In this document: piece by piece, positions 29,661-38,432 of the stretch | How the letters are laid out: each line of letters starts with the position of its first letter | Position numbering within the stretch: position 1 is the stretch's first letter | Assembly (NCBI GenBank): GCA_016779165.1 | Contig: JADHOE010000003.1 | Coordinates: 1 to 60,165 of the forward strand | Source of the DNA: Candidatus Margulisiibacteriota bacterium | GTDB lineage: Bacteria; Margulisbacteria; Marinamargulisbacteria; UBA817 | Reading direction: 5' to 3' | DNA length: 60,165 nt | Position numbers and translations under genes: made by a program | Notes under the pieces: generated by a model | The model's input: only the letters and a program-made list of their open reading frames with translations | What the model was told of the DNA's origin: nothing | The model's database searches: none

Positions 29661-29716
29661 CATGAAGATTTGAGGTAAATTAATCGGTGATAGCGTTAAC
29701 CGTACCGACAAATCAC

Positions 29717-30034
29717 CTAATACTTGCGTAATGATGAATCAATCTCATCAATCCAAGTGATAATTCCTCCCACTAAATTTTTAACGTTCGTAAAACCAGC
29801 CGATTGCATGTGGGCCACCGCCTGAGCGGATCGGCCGCCCATTTTACAATGCACCACATAATGGGCATTGGGATCCAAGTCTGGTAATCGTGCGGGTAAC
29901 TCACCCAGTGGAATTAACATTCCATTTAAGTTGCATGTGTCATACTCATCTTTTTCGCGAACATCAATTAAGATAATATCGTCATTTGCGTCTTGTTTTT
30001 TCTTTAGTTCATGAACGGTTATTTCTGGAATCAT
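29717..30034 (-). CDS. Single-domain rhodanese-like protein
   Basis: LIDVRE..EY, LIPLGEL, VVHCKMGGRS (active-site Cys) and NLVGGI..W motifs. Confidence 0.92.
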   Translation of the reverse strand: MIPEITVHELKKKQDANDDIILIDVREKDEYDTCNLNGMLIPLGELPARLPDLDPNAHYVVHCKMGGRSAQAVAHMQSAGFTNVKNLVGGIITWIDEIDSSLRKY

Positions 30035-30155
30035 TGGACAAGGCTCCTTTTTTTATTGCACATTACTGATGATAATCAATGCCACAGTTAAAAGTAAACC
30101 ATTCGTGTTTACAGGCTCAATGTTCAATTCAAATAAAATAAGTTACAATTCAAAC

Positions 30156-31247
30156 ATGAACAAAAAACGGGTGATTGTTGGCATGAGTGGTGGTGTGGAT
30201 TCATCGGTAACTGCAGCCATACTAAAACAACGTGGCTACGATGTGATTGGCATTACCATGCAATTGCTGCCGTTTGAGGAACAAAAACAATCGGCATGCT
30301 GCAACCTTGGGGCTGTATCAGATGCCCGTCGGGTATGTGAAACATTGGGCATTCCCCACTACGTTATTAATTCTCGGGACACATTTAAACAGCACGTGAT
30401 TGACCCATTTATTAAAAGCTACACGCAAGGCCAAACCCCTAATCCTTGTGTGGAGTGTAACCGGTTTATCAAATTTGATGAACTGATTAAACGGGCAGAC
30501 ATATTGGATGCGCATTATATTGCGACTGGCCATTATTGCAAAATAACCAAATCCAGAAACAGCAACCAATTTTACATTAAAGCAGCAAATGATGAAGGCA
30601 AAGACCAATCCTACTTTTTATACATGATCAACCAAGCAACGCTGCAACGCCTGCTGTTTCCTTTGGGTAGGTACACCAAAGCTGAAATCAGAGAAAAAGC
30701 CGAATCCTTGGGCCTGCTAAATGCCAATCGTCCTGACAGCCAAGAAATTTGCTTTGTTTCACAAAAAAGCTACCGGTCGTTTGTTGAATCTCGATTGTCT
30801 AGCGATCAACTAAAACCTGGTCCAATCATGCATATCGATGGGCGACGTTTGGGACAGCACACGGGCATTCACAACTTTACGATTGGGCAACGCAAAGGAT
30901 TAAATATTTCATTTCCAACCCCCTTGTATGTGCATCGGATTGACGAAAATAGCAACACGGTGTTTGTTGGTGAAAAAGATGCACTAAAACAGCATCAAAT
31001 TTCATTGCATACATTTAGTTCAGTCAGTGGAGAACCCATTAAGAATGAAGTGGTTGACGTTAAACTACGGTACTTAATGAAGCCCATTCGGGCCAAAGTG
31101 AACCAAACGTCCCATGAGTCGGCAATATTAACCCTGCATTCCTCACACTCATTTATTACTCCTGGGCAATCCTGTGTCATTTATAAGGGGGATCGAATTT
31201 TGGGTGGTGGCATAATTGAACCTCAAACCATCTCACTAAATAATTAA
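30156..31247 (+). CDS. mnmA: tRNA-specific 2-thiouridylase
   Basis: VGMSGGVDSS, TPNPCVECN, IATGHY, KDQSYFL, PDSQEIC, FTIGQRKGL and TPGQS motifs; start ATG 30156. Confidence 0.97.
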   Translation: MNKKRVIVGMSGGVDSSVTAAILKQRGYDVIGITMQLLPFEEQKQSACCNLGAVSDARRVCETLGIPHYVINSRDTFKQHVIDPFIKSYTQGQTPNPCVECNRFIKFDELIKRADILDAHYIATGHYCKITKSRNSNQFYIKAANDEGKDQSYFLYMINQATLQRLLFPLGRYTKAEIREKAESLGLLNANRPDSQEICFVSQKSYRSFVESRLSSDQLKPGPIMHIDGRRLGQHTGIHNFTIGQRKGLNISFPTPLYVHRIDENSNTVFVGEKDALKQHQISLHTFSSVSGEPIKNEVVDVKLRYLMKPIRAKVNQTSHESAILTLHSSHSFITPGQSCVIYKGDRILGGGIIEPQTISLNN

Positions 31248-33289
31248 TGGGGTTGGGCTAGCGTCAATATCGCCTCTAGCCAATCGTAAAACTCGTGCAA
31301 GCCGTCCATGTTATTGAATAGGCGATGTTTGTTGGCTTGTATTAACGACTTAAATCGAGGCTTGCTTTTAGAGTCGTTCGCCAATTGAATGGCCAATGCC
31401 ACATAGGCCTCTGGTGAATCGCATATGTAGTTTGTTGCACCTATCCAGCGATAGAACCCCGCCCCAAATGAACCTTTTAACTGGGAGCCATTCAATGTCA
31501 CCAATGGGGTGCCTGCCGCCATGGCTTGCAATACTGTGTTTCCACCACCAAAAGGGAACGGTTCAAGCACCACATCAGCCCCTTTTAACAGGGCATAGTA
31601 ATCGTTGGTTTTGTAGGGCATTTTAAACAATATTTGTGACATTTCTTCCTTGGTTAAAGCTTGGTTTAAGCGATAATTGATAATATTTTCAATGCGATTG
31701 AAGCAGATAAGCACCACCACATTATTTGGGCTTTGCTTTACAATCGATTGAATAACATAATCAAACTCTGGCTGTATTTTAAAAAGGAGCACAGGTAAGG
31801 CAAACACTTTTTTTTGATTGCAGGAAATACCTAGGTCGGCCAATGGTGTTTGAATGGTATCAATGTCTTCTGGGTAATCGTAACATACAGGAAAATTTTT
31901 CAACTGAATGAGGGTTTCCGTGAATTGTGATTGAGCATTTTTGTTGTGAAAATTTTTCCAACTGATGTAATAATCAATGGCGGCACTGCCAGATGTTTCT
32001 GGGTGACCAACCCATATCATTTGCACCGGGGCCAAACGCAACATGGCCAAAAAGTAAATGCAAGGGGACAACCCGACCTCGGGATAAATAATTGCATCCA
32101 CCCCTAACCCATGAATAAATGGGCATAATTCCTCGTGCTTGTTGGATGTTTGATAGTACTCATCCGCACGCTTTTTTATTTGCTTGGTATGGGCATCAAT
32201 GGTTGATGGTTCAACATTTATAATAATGACATGAAAAGACGAAGAAAAATTCACAATGGTTTTAAAATAAAAATCCATGACAGAGTGCTTGTAAAAATAC
32301 TGAGAGATAATGGCCACCCGTGGCTTGTGTTTTCTGGGTTCAGTAGTGGTTGGCTTTAGAGCAGGTGGGGTTAATAACCCACGGCTAAATACTATTGAAA
32401 CTTTTTCTAAAATCTCTTTGTTTTCTTGAGGGTGATACGACAAATAAAATGGTGTGGTTCCAAATGTTTTGTCGGGTCGTTTTGGAACATGGTTATTGGT
32501 GATGGCCGCATTTAAAATATCAAGGACATTGCGTCGCTGATTGTCGCGATCTTCGATGGATGGGTAGGCTGATAGGGTTAAAAATGCCGGGCGCAAGGGC
32601 ACATCTGGGCAATTAGAGGCCGTTAATAATCGGAATGTTTGGTCTAACTTTGCCTGATCCGCTTTTGCAACATAGATGGTTAACAACTGCCAAATGTAGG
32701 GCACGTGCCCCGGCTTATGTTTTAAAAACCCTGTAATTAGCACTTCATTTTTTGAGAGCCGTTGGGTTCGTGAATACAGGTAAACCAACCGATCGCAAAT
32801 CAGCTGATTATTTGGGTAATGCTTGAGCAAGTGCAATAAATCCGCCTCAGATTCAGCCCCCTGATTGTAATACAATCGAACAATGCTGCGGTTAATTTCA
32901 ATGGGGATGGACGATATTTTTTTTTTATCCGCTTGCTTTAGGATATTTTTTGCGCGTTGAAACTGGCCCAGTTTAATGGACAATTCAAGGTTAATTTCAA
33001 CCTGCATAACAGAATCGCACGATTGCTTAATTATCGCCTTGGCTTGGTTGAATTTATTAAGGCGAAGTTTAGTAAGGGCCATATATGTTTGGTAGTCCGG
33101 CAACGCGGCCTGGCCCGATTTGCATCGATTAAACGCATCTTCTGCCACATTAAACGCATCGCAAAACAAATAGGCCACGCCCGCTAGATAATGCACGATT
33201 GGCTCAATGGGCCCATCAGAATTTTCATACACCTCCACCACCCCTTGGTAATCTTGCTCATGAAACCGATGAAATACAATGCGTTTCAT
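31244..33289 (-). CDS. TPR-containing GT41-family protein glycosyltransferase (SPINDLY/OGT/HMW1C-like)
   Basis: Helical TPR-like N-terminal third; catalytic-half motifs FYLSYH, KHSV, YPEVGLSP, MLRLAPVQ, VGHPETSG...IDYY, LFKIQPEFD and EPFPFGGGNT...G.P.VT. Confidence 0.88.
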   Translation of the reverse strand: MKRIVFHRFHEQDYQGVVEVYENSDGPIEPIVHYLAGVAYLFCDAFNVAEDAFNRCKSGQAALPDYQTYMALTKLRLNKFNQAKAIIKQSCDSVMQVEINLELSIKLGQFQRAKNILKQADKKKISSIPIEINRSIVRLYYNQGAESEADLLHLLKHYPNNQLICDRLVYLYSRTQRLSKNEVLITGFLKHKPGHVPYIWQLLTIYVAKADQAKLDQTFRLLTASNCPDVPLRPAFLTLSAYPSIEDRDNQRRNVLDILNAAITNNHVPKRPDKTFGTTPFYLSYHPQENKEILEKVSIVFSRGLLTPPALKPTTTEPRKHKPRVAIISQYFYKHSVMDFYFKTIVNFSSSFHVIIINVEPSTIDAHTKQIKKRADEYYQTSNKHEELCPFIHGLGVDAIIYPEVGLSPCIYFLAMLRLAPVQMIWVGHPETSGSAAIDYYISWKNFHNKNAQSQFTETLIQLKNFPVCYDYPEDIDTIQTPLADLGISCNQKKVFALPVLLFKIQPEFDYVIQSIVKQSPNNVVVLICFNRIENIINYRLNQALTKEEMSQILFKMPYKTNDYYALLKGADVVLEPFPFGGGNTVLQAMAAGTPLVTLNGSQLKGSFGAGFYRWIGATNYICDSPEAYVALAIQLANDSKSKPRFKSLIQANKHRLFNNMDGLHEFYDWLEAILTLAQPH

Positions 33290-33464
33290 TTTTTAACTAT
33301 ACCATAAAGACACCCCAAAATTCCTTAAAAAGCCAGGCCAAATTTACCGATAGTTGATCTGCTTAAAAAAGCACATGATTGTATGTTTAATTTGAGGTAA
33401 AACAGGGAATAACAAAAAGACACCATAGCAATGATTTTTTATTAAACAAAACTTGGGACAATTT

Positions 33465-36400
33465 ATGACTACACGTTTAACCGTATTTTTATTGATGATA
33501 TTATGTTCAACTTGGTTGGCTGCCGCTGTGGCCACCGACCAGACGAGGCAATTGTTGGTGCAAGCCACACTCAATAGCCACTCGTTAACGAAAGGCAACA
33601 TTGAACTGACCATTGGGATTTATAAAGAAACTGATGATAATGAACCTTTATTTTCAGAGCATTTTAAATCCATACCCATTAGCAATGGGCACATTACAGT
33701 TAGCCTTGGGACAAACCCAGAAAACCCAATAGAGTCATCTGTTTTTGAAGATGACAACCTTCGGATTGGGTTTAAAGTTGGCAATAGTGAAGACCTAGAA
33801 TTTATAGAGTTAAGTGCGGTACCCTATGCGTTTCATAGCGAGGTTTCCGATGCCGCGCAACGGTTACAAAATGAAGAATTAATGAAGTTTGACTTTATTA
33901 ACAACCGCATTGGGGTGAACAATACTAGCCCGCAAACCACATTGGATGTTGGAGGCACAGTGAAAGCAACCGCTTTTTCTGGGGATGGCTCACAACTCAC
34001 CAATTTATCGATATCTGATGACAGACTGGTGTGGCTAAAAAACTCTGAAACCCCGACGAATATTTACTACACGAACGGCAATGTAGGAATTAGTACCGAA
34101 ACCCCTGGGGCAACGTTGGATATTTTGGGCAACGCCATTGTTAGCGGAAACCTTACGGTTCGGGGGTTACTCCAAGCAGATCAACTAAAAGGTGATGGGT
34201 CTGGAATTACAAACATTAATGCTTCACAAATTAATGCTGGGGTTATTAATGCCAAGCATGTTGTTGGTGACTACCCAGGTATTACGGGCGTTGGAATATT
34301 AACATCTGGCACATGGAATGCAACTGAAATAGCAGATCAGTACATTGCCAATCAACTGACCCTTAACGACGCCACAATATCGGGTACAAATACCATTTCG
34401 GGAGAATTTAGTTTAACCGGCCATAGCAGCATTAGTGGGGATCACAAATTTAGCATTTCATCAAAGGGGTGGGCAATTACACCCACAGGTGGGCTTACGG
34501 TTCAATCTGTAACCCTAAACACCAACATTTTAATTTCAAATAATGCCATTGAGGTACTTGGTAGTAACGGCCTTGAACTATCGCCACCAGACACCCCAGG
34601 CCTGTATATTTCCCCAACTGGGTCGGTTGGAGTGAATACCATAACGCCAGCCAGCGAGTTTCATGTAAATGGGGGCATCACCCTGGGATTTAGTCCCAAT
34701 GGCCAACCCGGGATGATTCGGTTTAATCCTGAAGATAACACATTTGAAGGCTATCGCAATGACACCAGTGGAAATGGCACATGGATACAACTCGATTACA
34801 ATTCATCCTTTGATTCCCATGCCTTGCATGCCGAAGGGGATGCCATTAAAAATTTAATCTATATTAATTCCGATGGGCATGTAGGCATTGGGGGCATTCC
34901 AGACGACGAGATTACCGACCATTTGGTTGTTAGCGGAAACGTTGTTTTTAAAGGATCGTCCATTATTCACTCAAGCAATGACTTGAATATAAAAGGGGCA
35001 GGCACCCGCATGATGTGGGTCCCCAAAAAAGCAGCGTTCCGTTCGGGTTATGTTGAAGGCACCCAATGGGACTATGACACCATTGGGGAACACAGTGTGG
35101 TATTTGGCAATTCAGGGAATGCCAGCGGTGACAACACAGTAATCGTGGGTGGCATAAATAGCACAAACAGTGGGGATGGCAGTGTTGTTGTCGGCGGAAT
35201 CAACAACCACATTGACAGTTCTTCATACAGCGTAATTGTGGGGGGTGGGTCAGCCATAGCGGGTGAAGAAAACCAAATTTTAAATAGTACCCTTAGCACC
35301 ATCGTTGGTGGAAAAAACAACAAGATTACGAATGCCATTCAGTCCACGATTATTGGTGGAGGAGACAATACAGTTAACGGTAATTATAGCGTTGCCATGG
35401 GAAAAAACATTACCATAAACCACAATAGCTCCTTTGTTTTTTCTGATGGCATAGCACCACGAGAAACCGGCGCAAATAATCAATTTTTAATTTTTGCGTC
35501 TGGTGGGGTAGGTATTGGCCAAGCACCCGAACCTGGCTATGATTTATCGGTTGCTGGGGGCATTAAGGCAATGTTCTTTGAAGGTGATGGCAGTGGCCTA
35601 ACCGATATTTCAGCCAGCAGGTTGGGTGGCTTTGCAGCAGAAACAACGGCATCAAGAAATAGCATTTATATTAGCGATGACAATGGATTTTTGCCAGCTG
35701 ACACAGTATCTGGGCTATCAATTATTGATGGGTCAATTACCGGAAACGATATACAGGCAAATAGCATTACTGGTGACAAAATTGAACGATTTTCAATTAC
35801 TGGTGATAAAATTGAATCTGGAACAATTTCAAGTGATCAAATTGCTGACAATTCCATAACTGCCGATAAAATACAACCTAAGGCTATTTCTGGCGAACAT
35901 ATTCAGGCTGAAAGCATTACAAAGGAAAACATTGCCCCAAACGCCATTCAAACACACCATATTGCCGACGGGCAGGTAACCAACGGCAAGATTGCTCCCG
36001 ACACCATTGATTCTTCTCGAATTGCAGACCAAAGCATAACGTCACAAGACATTGGGTTGAAAGCCATATCGTCCATCAATATTGCCGATGATGCCATTCA
36101 AGCACGCCATATCGCTTATGCAACCGTTGTGTCGGATAATATTGCGGAAGACGCTATTCAAGCTCAGCATATCAATGATTTGGTGGTATCGAGTCGCGTT
36201 ATTCAAGATAACGCCATATTAACCAACCACATTAAAGACAACGCTATTCTACAACGTCACATTGCAGATAACGCCATTCAAGGCATTCATATTGCCGACG
36301 CCGTTATTATTAATGAACGAATAAAGGATAACAGCATTGAATCAAATAAAATTGCCCCCAATGCCATTTTAGGGATTCATTTACCAGATAATGTCATTAT

Positions 36401-38420
36401 TTCACGGCACATTGCGGACCGGACAATATTAGAGCAGCATATTTCTGATGTTGCCATCGGGGAAGATAAAATTGACGATAATGCCATTGTATCAAGAAAC
36501 ATTCAAAATGGTGCCGTAACCAGCGATAAACTTGCCCCAAATTCGGTTGAAAGCATCCACATTTTGGATGGCACCATCACAAGCAAAGATATCCAAGAAA
36601 TGGGATTTTTGCCGAACGAAATGATTGCAGAAGGTGCCATTGCATCCATTAATATTGCCGATAATGCCATTGGGGGAAATCATATTAAGGATGGGCAAAT
36701 TGAATCCCTCCATATTCTAGACTTCTCTATTGTAAGCCGCGACATAAAAGATGAAACCATCGATGCCACACGTGTTTTGGCTAATGGAACAATAACCGCA
36801 GAGCTTATTGCTGAAAATGCCATTCAAGAGCACCATTTGGCTGACAATTCAGTAACATCAAGAAATTTAGCTGATGCATCAATTCCTTGGGAAAAAATAA
36901 CCATGGATCCCATTCCCGAAGCATCAATTGCAGACTTATCAATTCCAGGATCAAAAATAAAAGATGGCAGTATTCCAGGTTCAAAAATCGAACCCAATTC
37001 AATCACATCCGACAAACTTGCTGACAACTCCATTTCAACAAATGCATTAATTGGTACGCTGAGCGTTGAAAAAGGCGGTACTGGGCTTACGCAAAATCAA
37101 ATTGACTTGCTTAAAGGAAGTGTTCTTTACGCCAGCGGTGAGCCCGCTCGAATGGCCGGCAACAAAAACCATATCTCTTGGGACGAAGTCAACATGCGCA
37201 TGGGCATTAATACAGCAGCACCTGAAGCGGCATTGCATGTGGACGGCAGTTTACTCACCACCCAGGGGGTATTTTTTGGTAACATGGAAAACTCCATTAG
37301 CTTTGGGGTTGATGGTGATGGTGAAAGCTTTATTATTATTGGGCCTGAAAGCCCCGCCCAATTGAATACTGACGGTGAATCAGAAGAGTCTGGCAATGTA
37401 GAGCCCCTGGGGACCTTAAAAACCAGTCAGCTGTATGTTAAAGAAAAGGTTGGCATTGGCATTTCCGACCCTGTAAATGCATTGGATGTAAAGGGCACCA
37501 TGGCCATTGGGCAAACCTTTGCAGGTGTTCAAGCACCCGCCAATGGCTTAATTGTTGAGGGTAATGTTGGGATTGGCACCACCACCCCAGCACATGCATT
37601 GGATGTAAATGGTGCCATTCAAGCCAAAAGCATTATTGGAAAAAGCGAATCAGATTCAACCCCAGGCATTGGCATCCAGGGCATTGGCGGTGAGATCGGC
37701 ATCAAATCAGTTGGATCAAAGGTGGGCATTGAAGTAGACGCCAAAGAGCAAGGGATTGTGGTAACCTCTGAGGGAAGTGAGGGTGTGGGCGTCCTCATAA
37801 AAAATGCGAGCAACAGCTCAGCAATTGGTGTTCAGGCCATCATTAAAAACAGCTCTGGGCAGAACCTAGTTACGGGAGAACTAGCAAAAAGAACATCTGA
37901 TTATTCGGCTGGGGTTTATGGTTGGGCACGATCACAGGTAGGGGCCAATCACTGGGCAGGGTACTTCGATGGACCAGTTCACATATCTGGCAATTTGGGA
38001 TTGGGGGAATTTTTAACTGGAGATTTGCCTGATGCACCCTTGCATGTAAAGGGAACGTCACTCTTTGAATCAACGGTTCATGTCATGAATGAAGGGACAT
38101 CCGATGACTTAGGCACATCCATTGATTGGTCAAGCGGGTCAGTTCAAACCCACACCTGCAATGACGACAGTACAATTTCGTTTATAGATTCTGAATTAAC
38201 CCAAGGTGGTGTTTATATTTTAACCTTAATTTTAAATGCGCAAAGTGGATGTAGCATAGGCAATACCACATTTAGCGGAATAAAGTGGGCCCAAGGTCAA
38301 ACAACCGTACGGCATGTGGAAAATGGCGATACCATTATCTACTCGTTCTTTCTAGATAAAACCACAAACACACCCGTTTACTATGGCATTGATGTGGGGT
38401 ATTCAAGTGGCGGAGGATAA
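33465..38420 (+). CDS. Giant exported fibre-like protein 1 (phage-tail-fibre-like motifs)
   Basis: Signal peptide (MTTRLTVFLLMILCSTWLAAA); repeated (V/I)GI.T..P...L.V.G motifs; FxGDGSxLTxx motifs; 45 decamer repeats; LSVEKGGTG; C-terminal IDWSSG...IKW...YYG domain. TTG at 33453 is an alternative start. Confidence 0.85.
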   Translation: MTTRLTVFLLMILCSTWLAAAVATDQTRQLLVQATLNSHSLTKGNIELTIGIYKETDDNEPLFSEHFKSIPISNGHITVSLGTNPENPIESSVFEDDNLRIGFKVGNSEDLEFIELSAVPYAFHSEVSDAAQRLQNEELMKFDFINNRIGVNNTSPQTTLDVGGTVKATAFSGDGSQLTNLSISDDRLVWLKNSETPTNIYYTNGNVGISTETPGATLDILGNAIVSGNLTVRGLLQADQLKGDGSGITNINASQINAGVINAKHVVGDYPGITGVGILTSGTWNATEIADQYIANQLTLNDATISGTNTISGEFSLTGHSSISGDHKFSISSKGWAITPTGGLTVQSVTLNTNILISNNAIEVLGSNGLELSPPDTPGLYISPTGSVGVNTITPASEFHVNGGITLGFSPNGQPGMIRFNPEDNTFEGYRNDTSGNGTWIQLDYNSSFDSHALHAEGDAIKNLIYINSDGHVGIGGIPDDEITDHLVVSGNVVFKGSSIIHSSNDLNIKGAGTRMMWVPKKAAFRSGYVEGTQWDYDTIGEHSVVFGNSGNASGDNTVIVGGINSTNSGDGSVVVGGINNHIDSSSYSVIVGGGSAIAGEENQILNSTLSTIVGGKNNKITNAIQSTIIGGGDNTVNGNYSVAMGKNITINHNSSFVFSDGIAPRETGANNQFLIFASGGVGIGQAPEPGYDLSVAGGIKAMFFEGDGSGLTDISASRLGGFAAETTASRNSIYISDDNGFLPADTVSGLSIIDGSITGNDIQANSITGDKIERFSITGDKIESGTISSDQIADNSITADKIQPKAISGEHIQAESITKENIAPNAIQTHHIADGQVTNGKIAPDTIDSSRIADQSITSQDIGLKAISSINIADDAIQARHIAYATVVSDNIAEDAIQAQHINDLVVSSRVIQDNAILTNHIKDNAILQRHIADNAIQGIHIADAVIINERIKDNSIESNKIAPNAILGIHLPDNVIISRHIADRTILEQHISDVAIGEDKIDDNAIVSRNIQNGAVTSDKLAPNSVESIHILDGTITSKDIQEMGFLPNEMIAEGAIASINIADNAIGGNHIKDGQIESLHILDFSIVSRDIKDETIDATRVLANGTITAELIAENAIQEHHLADNSVTSRNLADASIPWEKITMDPIPEASIADLSIPGSKIKDGSIPGSKIEPNSITSDKLADNSISTNALIGTLSVEKGGTGLTQNQIDLLKGSVLYASGEPARMAGNKNHISWDEVNMRMGINTAAPEAALHVDGSLLTTQGVFFGNMENSISFGVDGDGESFIIIGPESPAQLNTDGESEESGNVEPLGTLKTSQLYVKEKVGIGISDPVNALDVKGTMAIGQTFAGVQAPANGLIVEGNVGIGTTTPAHALDVNGAIQAKSIIGKSESDSTPGIGIQGIGGEIGIKSVGSKVGIEVDAKEQGIVVTSEGSEGVGVLIKNASNSSAIGVQAIIKNSSGQNLVTGELAKRTSDYSAGVYGWARSQVGANHWAGYFDGPVHISGNLGLGEFLTGDLPDAPLHVKGTSLFESTVHVMNEGTSDDLGTSIDWSSGSVQTHTCNDDSTISFIDSELTQGGVYILTLILNAQSGCSIGNTTFSGIKWAQGQTTVRHVENGDTIIYSFFLDKTTNTPVYYGIDVGYSSGGG
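35703..37058 (+). repeat. 45 consecutive ~10-aa repeats (consensus xIxxxxIxDx) in fibre protein 1
   Basis: Counted by hand from TVSGLSIIDG to SISTNALIGT: 452 aa with only two 1-aa register slips. The repeat is at the protein level; the DNA is diverged. Confidence 0.92.
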
Positions 38421-38432
38421 CTGGGGGGCGCT

